A stretch of 64,000 nucleotides of DNA from a virus (IMGVR_UViG_3300032294_001260), one strand, 5' to 3'; positions 1 to 10,151 are shown, counted from the stretch's first letter. Notes: a model not told the origin generated them from the sequence alone. Numbers and translations are program-made.

Positions 1-613
1 GAGCATTATTCTTATAGACCTTTTTTAGAAACTTTTTCCAGACCTTTGGGTCGGTTTTACGAAAATGCTTGCGATACATGAATATCGATTCACACTCTGC
101 CCACCCAACTTTATGGGCTTTTCGTAATCTATTTATATCTAGTTTTTCCGCCTGTGTTTCGTGTGCGTGTGCGTCTATTTCGTCTGGCATTCCATAGTAC
201 GCGGCGTATGTCTTAGATTGCCCCTTTTTGGGCCTATATTGTTTGACATAAGCATATCCGCGACCTTTCTGCTGGTGCTTGTGCCTATACTCATGGTGAA
301 TGGCACGAACAATTTTGACGGCAAGGTTCTTTGCGCCTTTCTCGGTTATCTGTACTTTCTTGGAATCGTTAGGGAATGATAGAGTTATTAGGATATTCTC
401 TGGAATCATTCCCAAAATTCTAGGGCAATATTGCCCCGATACAATAACCGAATGATCTTTCAGATATTGGCTTTCAAACCTATTAGAACTGAATCCGACG
501 ATTGACTTGGTGAAAGCCAGATTCAGTCCACGGATAATGCTCGGGACATGTTTTTCGCCCACCCACCCCTCAGACAGTTTAAGAATCTTTTTCTCAATCT
601 TATTCAGTTTCAT
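1..613 (-). CDS. Putative zincin-like protein (HExxH), 3'-truncated by window edge; absent from ORF track
   Basis: Manual translation from ATG at 613 (TGATG overlap with gp41 stop) is open to base 1: MKLNKIEKKILKLSEGWVGEKH...RAIHHEYRHKHQQ...YYGMPDEIDAHAHE; HEYRH plus a downstream E-x-x-A-x-A motif. Confidence 0.7.
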   Translation of the reverse strand, partial: MKLNKIEKKILKLSEGWVGEKHVPSIIRGLNLAFTKSIVGFSSNRFESQYLKDHSVIVSGQYCPRILGMIPENILITLSFPNDSKKVQITEKGAKNLAVKIVRAIHHEYRHKHQQKGRGYAYVKQYRPKKGQSKTYAAYYGMPDEIDAHAHETQAEKLDINRLRKAHKVGWAECESIFMYRKHFRKTDPKVWKKFLKKVYKNNA

Positions 614-1992
614 CAGACTTTGAGGTTCTTAAACTTATCGGTACTTCGACCGCGATTGAAAACTGGCTTCGAGGGTTCTGGTTCTTGCATTACTGCATCT
701 TGGGCTTTTTGTTCAAGATCATAGAGTTTCATCTTGGATCTATCCACACCAACAGTAAATCTCTTGTGAAGACTTGGATCGTTGTATCGGTTCTTCAATT
801 GCTTCACGAGTAATTGATTTAACTGCTGCAGTTCTTCGGTGCTCACGAGAGCGAACATAAAGTCTGCGGTTGCTGGCAAACCAAAAGACTCCGAAGTATC
901 TTCCAACCCTGGATCCGAATTCGAAAATCCAGACCTTGTCGTTTGAGTTGCCGATACAATCGGTACATTATTCTCGACCGCCAGTCCACGAAGTTCCTCG
1001 GCGATAGCCTTGATGTAGGTGTAAGAGTTGACGTTGGCTCCAGCCTTAATTCTGGCGGAGGCGCAGATATTCAAGTAATCGATGAAAATGATATCTGGAC
1101 GGAAGTTCTTCTTCAGAGCCAGATCATTGATCAACGCACGGAAATGAGCGGGATTTGCTGATGCGGTTGGATATTCTTTGATGATCAACTTGCCTTTAAC
1201 GGAAGTTTTCAATTTTTCCATTCGACGCTCATACATATCCTTCGGCATATTGCCCAGATCCTCTAGGGTAACATTCAAAAGATTTGCGTCGATGCGTTCA
1301 GCAATACGCTCCTCTGCCATTTCAAGAGTTATGTACAGAACATTGTAGTTCTGTGTCAGGCAAGAAGCAGCCACATGACACATGAAAAGAGACTTGCCGA
1401 CGCCAGTACCTGCAAGAGCAATATTAAGGGTCTTTTGCGGAAGTCCGCCTTTAGTGATCTTGTTGAAGTATTCAAGATCAAACGGGATTCTTTTTTCGAC
1501 ACGATGATAGAAATCGTAGCGATCAGCGTAACTATCCAAAAAGTCGTGGCCAATATGAGGATCGAAACTAACGCCCAGAGCATCAGAAAGCAAAGCAGGA
1601 ATGCTTCCTTTGCCACGCGCTGGATCTTTCCCATCCAGAATCTGAATAGAGTCCATAATTGCATTGTAGACAGCCTTTTCCTGACAGAACTTTTCAGTCG
1701 TGTCCAGTAGCCACTCAAGTTTTTGTTCTGATTTGTCACTTGATATTTCCCCGATCAACTCAAGTGACTTATTTAACTCCCCTTCTGAGAGTTTGTTCGA
1801 TTCTTTAAGGCTGATCTCCAGAGCCGCTGCGGGCGGAAGACTGTTGTACGTCAGGACGAACTTCTTTATTTCCTCGAACACTTTTCTTTCGTGGCTTTCT
1901 TGTAGGTACTCGCTCTTCAGAAACGGTAACGCTTTCCTCATGAAGGACTCGTTCCGCATCAAGTTTGACAGAATCAACGTTTCTGTTTTCAT
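613..1992 (-). CDS. gp41: T4-like replicative DNA helicase (DnaB family)
   Basis: Walker A LAGTGVGKS, FIDYLNI, SATQTTRSG, EDTSESFGLPATAD, KQLKNRY; likely start MKTETLILSNL at 1992. Confidence 0.96.
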   Translation of the reverse strand: MKTETLILSNLMRNESFMRKALPFLKSEYLQESHERKVFEEIKKFVLTYNSLPPAAALEISLKESNKLSEGELNKSLELIGEISSDKSEQKLEWLLDTTEKFCQEKAVYNAIMDSIQILDGKDPARGKGSIPALLSDALGVSFDPHIGHDFLDSYADRYDFYHRVEKRIPFDLEYFNKITKGGLPQKTLNIALAGTGVGKSLFMCHVAASCLTQNYNVLYITLEMAEERIAERIDANLLNVTLEDLGNMPKDMYERRMEKLKTSVKGKLIIKEYPTASANPAHFRALINDLALKKNFRPDIIFIDYLNICASARIKAGANVNSYTYIKAIAEELRGLAVENNVPIVSATQTTRSGFSNSDPGLEDTSESFGLPATADFMFALVSTEELQQLNQLLVKQLKNRYNDPSLHKRFTVGVDRSKMKLYDLEQKAQDAVMQEPEPSKPVFNRGRSTDKFKNLKV

Positions 1993-2311
1993 TAAATTCT
2001 TTCTCCGCATTCTCGACAGCCGAACTAATCATATTACCGATGATGTATGAAGTAAACTTTTGAAATTTTTTCGAGTCCACTTTACAAAGATTAGGGTTCG
2101 CAATAATATTGATATTGTATGACAATTCCGAGTCTGTAGCCATAACCATATCAGAAACTTCAAAAATTACGTCAGGGTACTTTTTTAATACCCTGATAGC
2201 AAATGCCTCAGTGTTATTTACATCCAGCATGTACTCATAATGTTTGTCGAGTTTGATGAATTTCTTGGCATACCAAAAATTATATTTCGCTCTTAAATTT
2301 TCAAACATCAT
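1805..2311 (-). CDS. Hypothetical protein at the gp40 position; C-terminus overlaps gp41 by 188 nt
   Basis: Lies between uvsX and gp41 as T4 gene 40 does; identity inferred from synteny only. Confidence 0.5.
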   Translation of the reverse strand: MMFENLRAKYNFWYAKKFIKLDKHYEYMLDVNNTEAFAIRVLKKYPDVIFEVSDMVMATDSELSYNINIIANPNLCKVDSKKFQKFTSYIIGNMISSAVENAEKEFNENRNVDSVKLDAERVLHEESVTVSEERVPTRKPRKKSVRGNKEVRPDVQQSSARSGSGDQP

Positions 2312-3353
2312 CAGTCTCCTCGGCGCTCAAATTACCCGCTAGAGCAGAACTGAATTGGTAGTTGTTACGAATCCATTCCTTGAATGTTTCATCAGTCAAA
2401 ATACTATCCCAAAACTCGGGACATTCTGTATCAGCAATACGCCACTTCTTAGCGTCAACTTCGCCCGTGGCAGTATCGACCTTTGCATACCAACCGACAT
2501 TGGGCTTGGTTACATGACCCGACTCAAGTGCCATATCAAGAAGACCACTGTACTTACTAATACCACCATCGAAGCGAACAGTGACAGGGATACGAGACTT
2601 CTCTCTAAGATAACGCGACTTCTCCACATTAATAATAAAGTTGTAGCCAATCAAATCCTGACCATCCTTTTCCTGTTGGCGACCGAGAATATAGATGTTA
2701 TCGGCTGAATAATAGGGACCTGTTCCGCCACCGACAATATCCTTGGGATACATACCAATCTCTTTGTAGGTATGATTTACAACCACCATCGGAATGTCCT
2801 TTAGGGTGAGGTGTGGAGTCACCATACGGAACAGGGATTTTATTTGCTTGGCACGAGTCATGTCACCGACTGACTTTTGCTCAAGGGCATCTTCGACTTC
2901 TTTCGTTGACGCAAGGTTGCCGATAGAATCGACAACAACCATCACACGTTCACCGCGTTCAATATTCTGAAGTTGCGCCATGATATCAAACTTCAGTTGC
3001 TCAACATCCGTGATTGGAGTATGAACGACGCGATCCGTATCAATACCAAATGAAGTGAAATAGTTTTGTGGGGTGCCGAACTCGGAGTCATAGAAAAGAA
3101 CAACTGAATCGGGATACTTGTCTTGATATGCCTTTGCCATCAATAGACTGAATGCAGTCTTGAAGTGCTTTGAAGGACCAGCCCACATCGTCAACCCTGG
3201 CGTAAACCCACCATCAAGATCACCAGAGAATGCGACATTGACTACAGGAATGCTAGTCTGGATCATATCTTTAGCCGCAAAGAACTTAGACTTTGCAAGA
3301 ATTGCGGTGTCTTTAATCGTACTATTTTTCTTCAACTTATCGAGTAGGCTCAT
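2301..3353 (-). CDS. uvsX: RecA-like recombinase UvsX
   Basis: AGPSKHFKT, FYDSEFG, VVDSIGNL, VVNHTY, GGTGPYYSAD, VEKSRY. Confidence 0.96.
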   Translation of the reverse strand: MSLLDKLKKNSTIKDTAILAKSKFFAAKDMIQTSIPVVNVAFSGDLDGGFTPGLTMWAGPSKHFKTAFSLLMAKAYQDKYPDSVVLFYDSEFGTPQNYFTSFGIDTDRVVHTPITDVEQLKFDIMAQLQNIERGERVMVVVDSIGNLASTKEVEDALEQKSVGDMTRAKQIKSLFRMVTPHLTLKDIPMVVVNHTYKEIGMYPKDIVGGGTGPYYSADNIYILGRQQEKDGQDLIGYNFIINVEKSRYLREKSRIPVTVRFDGGISKYSGLLDMALESGHVTKPNVGWYAKVDTATGEVDAKKWRIADTECPEFWDSILTDETFKEWIRNNYQFSSALAGNLSAEETDDV

Positions 3354-3382
3354 TTGTATAACTCCATTATTGAGGTATTGAT

Positions 3383-3411
3383 ATTTTACAGTAATTCATT
3401 GAAAAAAGCAA
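3383..3411 (-). promoter_or_regulatory. sigma70-type promoter upstream of uvsX
   Basis: TTGCTT-17 nt-TAAAAT on the minus strand, followed by GGAG RBS and the uvsX ATG. Confidence 0.55.
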
Positions 3412-5936
3412 TTCAGAGAGTGTCCCTTCTCACTCTTCCAATTGATCGGTGAAAGAATAATTTCCAAAGGTTCGAGAAAGGATTTTTTAAACTGTAGGTC
3501 ATAGTCTATGTACTGATACGCACCTAACTGTTTCGGAATACCCGATATGAAAGCCAGCGTATTGTTAAAAAATATGTTGGGTTGCTTTAGATAGACGTAT
3601 TTGATCTTCTCGCCTTCTTGAATCAATTGATAGCGTTTGGTTAGATTCAATGTTCGCAAGAAATGATTATAAACCAGCGCACCCTTAACATGGATTGGTG
3701 TACCTTTCTTGAATACATGAGCAGAATCAGCATATTCCACCAAACCGTTCACGGATCTCGGGAATGCAATATCTTCAGGCTTAAGAGTTTTAAATTCATC
3801 TCTGAAGTCGTTGATAAACTTGTGTAAGTCATCTTGAGTTTGAGTCATGATGATATTGATTGCATCTTTAATCTTTTTGCGACATGCGGCGGGCGTCGAT
3901 GAGCGCACTGCTGAGATGCCCATCATTTTAAGTTTAGGTTTAGCGTAAGCAACACCCTCACTGTCATGCACATTTAGGATATAGTTTTTCTTTGCGACCC
4001 AGATTGCTTTATCGGCAAGAGACTCACGCTTCATTTCCATGCGCTGTTGATATGCGTTGAGATATTCTTTCAGTTCTTGATATGAAGCATCGATGAATGG
4101 CTGAATCTTTTGATCACAAACCTTATCCATAAAGGCAATGACTTTTTTGGTATCGGCGACATTTGGATAAAGTTTCTTGACCAACGGACCCATGTTCAAA
4201 TAGATTGAATCTGTGTCTGATGCGATTACATAGTCAACGTCTTTGGTTTTAAGCAACCCATTCATGTACTCGTTGATCTTGTTTTCAATCCAGCGAATGG
4301 ACAATTGACCCGCTTTTGTAATGGCTTCGGCGATACGAATGTCGAAGAAGCGGAAATATTGATTACCCATTGCACCGTAAGCGGAGTTCAGAGTAACTTT
4401 CTTGGCTAACTGCAGATTATTGTATCGAGCGACTTGTTTCTCAAGATATTGCACTTGATTCTTATCATCGAGAACAGTTTCGATCTTCTTCTTCGCCTCA
4501 AGAGCAAATTTTTTATAGCGTTTACGATCCTTGTACATATTATCCATAATCTGAGGCATTACGCCCTGTTCTTGGATTCTAAACAATTGACCATTAGGTG
4601 TCAGTGTAACTCCGAGTTCCTTTAGAATGCTTGTGTCCACCTGACGACTCAGAAGAGATTCGACATCGATATTGGAATCGCTGATTAATCCTCGCATGTT
4701 ATCGTTGTACGACTTTGGGTCAACAAGAGTTTCCATTGAGATGTTGTACTGCATAATCAAGTGTGGGTACAGACTGTTCAAGTCAAAAGAAGCAACCCAT
4801 TCATGCATGCCAAGAATAGGATCCTTGACATATGCACCTTCGTACTGTGAACTCTTTGTGCTCTTTGACATTTGCGGGATTATAATCTTCTTTTTCAAGA
4901 GATAATTGTAAACAATTGCGTCCCACATGCGCACCTGAGTAAACACATCATCGTAGTTGACCTTGTTGTCATACGCAAGAGTCAACGCCAACTCAATCAA
5001 TTTCATCTTGTCTTCGAGTCGTTCAACGAGTTCAACGTCCTTGATGTTATACTCGATGAATTTTTGATAGTCTTGTTTGTACAGTTGATGAAGAGTTTCG
5101 AACTCAGAATAATCTAATTTCTTCTCGTCCAACTCAACGTGAGCAATGTGACCGAGTGTATAGGACTCTTGCTGCGAATAGGTGAACTTGCGATATAGTT
5201 GAATGTAGTCAAGAATGGCAATTCCAGAAATCTCATAGAACTCCACTTCACGATTCATCATCGTCTTTTCACGCTTATTGATGCGGTTCCACGGTGAAAG
5301 TTTCTTGACTTCATCCTCGCCGAGAATTTTGGCGATACGATTGACAAGATATGGAATGTCGAATTGCTCGACATTCCAGCCCGTGACTACATCTGGATGC
5401 CATCGCGACCATAGGTCGAGGAATCTTCGTATGAGGTCTGATTCATCTCTACACTTTGCATAGTGCACGCCGTCACGATGCTTGATATAATCGCCACAGC
5501 CAAACACAAAATAATTATCTTTGACTTTGATAGTGATTGCTGTGATTGCTTCATTAGCATCTCTTGGTTCGGGAAATCCATTTTCGGATCCAACCTCGAT
5601 ATCAAGATAGGCAACAAGTATTTTACTGACATCCCAAAGAATATCATCATGATACTCATCAGCAATATAAGCATACTCATAACGATTGTTCCCAAAAACA
5701 GGAAAATTATCGACACCTTCGTACCTCTGTAAAAATTCTCTGCACTCTGGGATGGTTCCAGGCTGAATTGGTTTGACGTACTCGCCAGCAAGCGTTGTAT
5801 ATTCGCTCTGTTCTTGACTGCGGATGAAGAAAGTCGGGCGGAATTCGATCTTCCGCCTGACTCTTTTATCATTCTCAACGCCTCTGAAAAGGATATACTT
5901 TCCAGAGACGGTCACATTAGTGTAGAAATCTGACAA
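3396..5936 (-). CDS. gp43: Family B DNA polymerase (TTG start)
   Basis: Exo motifs DIEV, NVEQFDIPYL, YNIKDV; polymerase motifs DLNSLYP, KVTLNSAYG, SDTDS, KKNY; no intron or intein visible. Confidence 0.97.
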   Translation of the reverse strand: MSDFYTNVTVSGKYILFRGVENDKRVRRKIEFRPTFFIRSQEQSEYTTLAGEYVKPIQPGTIPECREFLQRYEGVDNFPVFGNNRYEYAYIADEYHDDILWDVSKILVAYLDIEVGSENGFPEPRDANEAITAITIKVKDNYFVFGCGDYIKHRDGVHYAKCRDESDLIRRFLDLWSRWHPDVVTGWNVEQFDIPYLVNRIAKILGEDEVKKLSPWNRINKREKTMMNREVEFYEISGIAILDYIQLYRKFTYSQQESYTLGHIAHVELDEKKLDYSEFETLHQLYKQDYQKFIEYNIKDVELVERLEDKMKLIELALTLAYDNKVNYDDVFTQVRMWDAIVYNYLLKKKIIIPQMSKSTKSSQYEGAYVKDPILGMHEWVASFDLNSLYPHLIMQYNISMETLVDPKSYNDNMRGLISDSNIDVESLLSRQVDTSILKELGVTLTPNGQLFRIQEQGVMPQIMDNMYKDRKRYKKFALEAKKKIETVLDDKNQVQYLEKQVARYNNLQLAKKVTLNSAYGAMGNQYFRFFDIRIAEAITKAGQLSIRWIENKINEYMNGLLKTKDVDYVIASDTDSIYLNMGPLVKKLYPNVADTKKVIAFMDKVCDQKIQPFIDASYQELKEYLNAYQQRMEMKRESLADKAIWVAKKNYILNVHDSEGVAYAKPKLKMMGISAVRSSTPAACRKKIKDAINIIMTQTQDDLHKFINDFRDEFKTLKPEDIAFPRSVNGLVEYADSAHVFKKGTPIHVKGALVYNHFLRTLNLTKRYQLIQEGEKIKYVYLKQPNIFFNNTLAFISGIPKQLGAYQYIDYDLQFKKSFLEPLEIILSPINWKSEKGHSLNCFFQ

Positions 5937-5939
5937 GTT

Positions 5940-6236
5940 TTACCCCGTAATCAATTGCTGTGGCGGAACAACTATTCCCGCACCGTACACTTGATTATAC
6001 CCGTTTTTCACTTCTTGCGCAACCTCGGCCAATACAACAATCTTGTCGCGGCTGATTGTAAATGGACCTTCGGCTGCTTGCATCCAAGGAATGAATCCAA
6101 TAACTGGTCCCTTTTCTGATCTCTGTAGAACTATGCCAAGAGGATTCTGAAATGTAACGGAAGAGTCAGTTTCCCCTACGATTTCTGCAATTAATTCCTC
6201 TCCACTTCCTAATTTGAACGCTTTGATGTTGCTCAT
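5940..6236 (-). CDS. Small conserved T4-like protein (Sm-like fold suspected)
   Basis: MSNIKAFKLGSGEELIAEIV...NPLGIVL...GFIPWM pattern typical of aquatic T4-like phages upstream of gp43. Confidence 0.6.
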   Translation of the reverse strand: MSNIKAFKLGSGEELIAEIVGETDSSVTFQNPLGIVLQRSEKGPVIGFIPWMQAAEGPFTISRDKIVVLAEVAQEVKNGYNQVYGAGIVVPPQQLITG

Positions 6237-6429
6237 TTTCTTGTATCCTTTTATATTCGTCAAAAATTATTTTATCCATCTTTAGATTTTGGGCTTGACC
6301 ATTCTTGTAAAAAACATCAAACGCCAAAGTCCACGTGTCTTCACACACTTTTAGTTGCCACCCATTGAACTCTTTGATCTTTATCTGTTTAGATGTTAAA
6401 TGATCGTATAGTTCTTTGAGGGTCGGCAT
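6166..6429 (-). CDS. Hypothetical protein
   Basis: 87-aa ORF; start overlaps the upstream stop. Confidence 0.55.
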   Translation of the reverse strand: MPTLKELYDHLTSKQIKIKEFNGWQLKVCEDTWTLAFDVFYKNGQAQNLKMDKIIFDEYKRIQENEQHQSVQIRKWRGINCRNRRGN

Positions 6430-6632
6430 TATTCTTCTCCGCCTCCAGTATTATCTGCAGACTGTCTCTTGATCTTATACGCCACGTGATTAGCGTGTGC
6501 ATCAATGAATAGCCTTCTAACCTTCCCGCTTTCATGCGAATCTTTAGTCCAACCCCTTGCATCTGCCATCGCCAGCATTCGCTTGAGTTGTCGTGGAAGT
6601 TTCGCATCAAAAAAATCCGATCTATTTGCCAT
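6429..6632 (-). CDS. Hypothetical protein
   Basis: 67-aa ORF MANRSDFFDAKLPRQLKRML, operon-packed. Confidence 0.6.
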   Translation of the reverse strand: MANRSDFFDAKLPRQLKRMLAMADARGWTKDSHESGKVRRLFIDAHANHVAYKIKRQSADNTGGGEE

Positions 6633-7344
6633 TTAGTATTTCCTCACATTTTTTCCAAAAAAACTGCTCTTGTTCTGGCATACGAATTTGAAAGTTGTGC
6701 CAGAACAAATCCCCGAGTTCAGCAGTACCATAGGTCGTTCCCAATCCATAGTTTGGCTGACCATTCTTCAATTCCCAGTAAGGCATCTGATCCTTTTCCC
6801 ACTCATATCGATGTGGTGGGCGATCAAATCTAACTGGTGGAATCATCTCAACTGGAACACCGACTTCTTCTGCTCTGAAAGTATATTCTTCGAGAACATC
6901 GCCACGGTTTGTTTCTAGCGCCGATGGTGATCCGATCTTGATGAAATTTTCCCTTGAAATCGCTGAACAAGAGGGTGCTGCAAACAGATGGTCACCGTTA
7001 TCTATGTGACCAGATCTTTGCATGTTACCAACAAGTATACCTTCTTTCGCTCTAGAAAGAAAGTATTCGAACGCTTTCTCGCTGACTGGAATGCAATCAA
7101 TATCAAGAATGATCACATAGTCATAATTAAATGAATCTGGGATTTCAACATTTTCTAATGTTTTGACTTTTGCCTTGTTGGCAGACCAAAAATAGTCAAC
7201 GAATAGTCCGTGCGGGATTTGCCCCTGCATCACGTGATGCGGTAAAGACATTGTATTGAATTTCTTGACTACCTCACTCTGAAGACGAACAGTATATTGA
7301 TTGATGTTCGGCATGAAGTAGGAAATGATGCACGCATTACTCAT
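6622..7344 (-). CDS. GT-A-like glycosyltransferase (putative)
   Basis: YVIILDIDCIP (DxD motif after a hydrophobic strand); adjacent to other glycan enzymes. Confidence 0.55.
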   Translation of the reverse strand: MSNACIISYFMPNINQYTVRLQSEVVKKFNTMSLPHHVMQGQIPHGLFVDYFWSANKAKVKTLENVEIPDSFNYDYVIILDIDCIPVSEKAFEYFLSRAKEGILVGNMQRSGHIDNGDHLFAAPSCSAISRENFIKIGSPSALETNRGDVLEEYTFRAEEVGVPVEMIPPVRFDRPPHRYEWEKDQMPYWELKNGQPNYGLGTTYGTAELGDLFWHNFQIRMPEQEQFFWKKCEEILNGK

Positions 7345-8066
7345 TATGATTTCCTCATGTCTTCGAAGATCAGATTCACATAATTTTGCGCAACCAAACG
7401 AAATTCAAGAGGTTTCAAGTAATCGATGATAGCCTGAGTGGTGCCAGGGGCGATGTGTTCGCTAGGTTCAATCGTTATGAAATGGGGTCTGAGGATACTA
7501 AAGTCTGCGTCTTTGAGAACTCTCAGATCCATGCCCTCGACATCAATACTCAAAAACAACGAATCAATCTGATACTTTTTAAACTCTTGCAGTAGCGTAT
7601 TAATACGAACCGTCTTTACCTTGATTGGTTTTACCGTCAATGCATTTTTTTCAACAAACTCTTTACTCAGAGTAGAAAGTTCATTTTCTGTGCTAACGTA
7701 AAATTCCATTTCAGGCTCATCTGTATCAGTTACAGCAGCCTCTACAATGTAATCGGTTAATCGATGGTGTCTTAGAACCGCAGCCAACTTTGGATCTGGC
7801 TCAACGATTATCCCATTAAAGCCATATGTCTTGTGAAGAAGAAACGACGCGCTAGTGCATACTGGATGATTGCCGCCGATTTCAAGATAAGATGCACTAA
7901 CACTTACAAGGTTATTTCTTCTCATGTATGCATTAAACATCTGACATAGAACAATGTCTTCATAGTTTTGGCTATATGTCTCATCCAACCATGCTGGGAT
8001 AGTTGGGTTCGGCATTTTATTATCATTCACATACTGATATACGAACGGGTTAACGATTCTGTGCAT
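7344..8066 (-). CDS. FkbM-family SAM methyltransferase
   Basis: YLEIGGNHP, GIIVEPDP, FLSIDVEGMDLRVL, PHFITIE. Confidence 0.85.
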   Translation of the reverse strand: MHRIVNPFVYQYVNDNKMPNPTIPAWLDETYSQNYEDIVLCQMFNAYMRRNNLVSVSASYLEIGGNHPVCTSASFLLHKTYGFNGIIVEPDPKLAAVLRHHRLTDYIVEAAVTDTDEPEMEFYVSTENELSTLSKEFVEKNALTVKPIKVKTVRINTLLQEFKKYQIDSLFLSIDVEGMDLRVLKDADFSILRPHFITIEPSEHIAPGTTQAIIDYLKPLEFRLVAQNYVNLIFEDMRKS

Positions 8067-9417
8067 TTTTTACTTCCTTCATGTAAGCATTTTGTTTTTC
8101 GAGATAATTTGGAATTGTTCTTATCGCACCCACGCTGACATTCATGATGTTCAACAATTTACCAAAAATTGGAAGCAGATTTTCTGCCCCCTGAAGTTCC
8201 TTCCTAATATTTTCCTTGTGATATGAACAAGCATCGACTGCCATATCGATTGCGCTGTGGATAGTATTCATCGAATCAGAATCAATTTCGGTGTCGCCGA
8301 AGATTCCAATGTAAATGTCGTTATGATTGATGATCTTGGTCAAAACGCCGTGGTCAGCACAATTCAAAACCTCTATCATCTCATTTGTTTGACCTATTAT
8401 ACTATTCTTTGTTGTAAAAGAAAAACCTTCTGGCAGCACTGGCTTTTCAGAAGAGTAGTGGAATTGGTCTGAGTAAATTAAAACCTCAATATCAAACTTG
8501 TGCAAAGAATTGATCTTCTGCCACGTTGCTCCAGTGCTGGAGATGTCAACCATGACGTAATTTGGGGGAAGATGTGCCTTCAAATAATTGACAGAATCTT
8601 CTGGCTGTTCATAAGCAACCTTGCGAGAGAACGGCAGGTAATATGCGCCACCATAAAACTTGTTGTACACTTTGTATAGAAGTTGGCAGTCTCTACCCAA
8701 AAAAACCAAATTTTTACCAGCATACTTTCTATTCAAAAGTTCGCAACTGATCAGCAACCAAGGCAGATTTATTTGATTAGAGAGTTTGAACAGATCTGAT
8801 GTGTTGTCAGACTTCAGCCTCACCTCTCGAACGAGATAGGACAGAATTCGCAGACCAGAATCAAACAAAGAAGTCTCAATAGTCGATGAATTTATAGAGT
8901 TGTAGTATCCCTTCACTGGGATGTTATATCTTTTTGGGTTTTCTACGTCTGAAACTTGATTGTCTCCACAATGCTGTTTTATTCCGAGGTCTTTTAATTT
9001 TTCCCAAACAGCATTATTCCGCTTGTCACCGCTAGACTGGTATATGGTGACTTGCTTCTTCAACCCAGCATTTCTAACAAGTTCCAAAATATCAGCGCCA
9101 GACAAATACATGTCTGAAATTAAGAAATCATTCTCAGAGACTTGATTGATATTTTCGGCGATGCCAAAAGTATTTTGTTTTTCTAGATCTACTTCAAGTC
9201 GATATAGTTCATGAATCTGGTTCTTAGAGATGACATCCTGATCCGCCAGATTTTCATAGATTTGTAGTAGAGATCTCTGCCCGTTATCAGCGTTTTTTCT
9301 CGCAACAAAAAACCCATTTATTTTTGAAATGGATTCAATGGTTTTAATAATAGGATCGTTATTGACGTATCTTCGAGCAATCAATGTGTCGAATACATCC
9401 CAAGTTTTTATTTCCAT
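8050..9417 (-). CDS. HAD-superfamily hydrolase of the polysaccharide-locus type
   Basis: WDVFDTLIAR (motif I), LISDMYL, HCGDNQVSDV (motif IV); C-terminal FLGRD and VDISSTGATWQ. Confidence 0.8.
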   Translation of the reverse strand: MEIKTWDVFDTLIARRYVNNDPIIKTIESISKINGFFVARKNADNGQRSLLQIYENLADQDVISKNQIHELYRLEVDLEKQNTFGIAENINQVSENDFLISDMYLSGADILELVRNAGLKKQVTIYQSSGDKRNNAVWEKLKDLGIKQHCGDNQVSDVENPKRYNIPVKGYYNSINSSTIETSLFDSGLRILSYLVREVRLKSDNTSDLFKLSNQINLPWLLISCELLNRKYAGKNLVFLGRDCQLLYKVYNKFYGGAYYLPFSRKVAYEQPEDSVNYLKAHLPPNYVMVDISSTGATWQKINSLHKFDIEVLIYSDQFHYSSEKPVLPEGFSFTTKNSIIGQTNEMIEVLNCADHGVLTKIINHNDIYIGIFGDTEIDSDSMNTIHSAIDMAVDACSYHKENIRKELQGAENLLPIFGKLLNIMNVSVGAIRTIPNYLEKQNAYMKEVKNAQNR

Positions 9418-10148
9418 GGCAATTTACCGTTGTGTCTGTTTAACATTTCTTGGTTCCCGCGAACGAAGAAGTCCCGCTGAACAGAAATCCCAGTGCTACC
9501 GACACGATACTTTAGAGAATACTCGCGTGTGCAATCGAACTTCAAATTGTTCTGTGGGTTCATGAGAACTGCGCTCAGAGCGCGATCAACTTCAACCACA
9601 TTAGGTTCTCGGGCTTTTCTGTGCCAGATTGGCGATATCCCCAATGCGACTTCTTTCTTAACAAAGAAGCAATTCAGATCGATGAAATTGTCATCCAATA
9701 CCGATTTCCATAGACCTAAACTCTCGCAGTCATCATAACAAAGGAATCGGTTTTCATCGTCTACAATTTGTCTAAATGAGAAAGCCCAATCAAGGTTCTT
9801 ATCTTTGGCAAGATTGACCAACGTCTCAACGTGAGTTGGTTCTAGCGAGTTGTCGTCATCCAACCAAATAATAAAGTTGCCGTTGGCAAGATAGGTGAAC
9901 GCGCCATAGATACGATGACCGTTGTATCGATCTTTGCCCGTAGAATACGGCAACATGCAGACATACTCATTGAAATTCGTCATTGGGAACTTGAGTGAGC
10001 AAAGAACTGATTCCGCTTTATCCCAATGCTCTTTCCCGTCAACTACTACAATATGTTCTATGTCTGTGTAGGTTTGCTCTCTGACCGAGGCAATACAGTA
10101 CGCAAGTTGGGGTTTACCAACTGTGGCAGTGATCACTGATACTTTCAT
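9408..10148 (-). CDS. Glycosyltransferase family 2
   Basis: VSVITAT, SVREQTY, HIVVVDG, IIWLDDDN. Confidence 0.85.
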   Translation of the reverse strand: MKVSVITATVGKPQLAYCIASVREQTYTDIEHIVVVDGKEHWDKAESVLCSLKFPMTNFNEYVCMLPYSTGKDRYNGHRIYGAFTYLANGNFIIWLDDDNSLEPTHVETLVNLAKDKNLDWAFSFRQIVDDENRFLCYDDCESLGLWKSVLDDNFIDLNCFFVKKEVALGISPIWHRKAREPNVVEVDRALSAVLMNPQNNLKFDCTREYSLKYRVGSTGISVQRDFFVRGNQEMLNRHNGKLPWK

Positions 10149-10151
10149 AAA

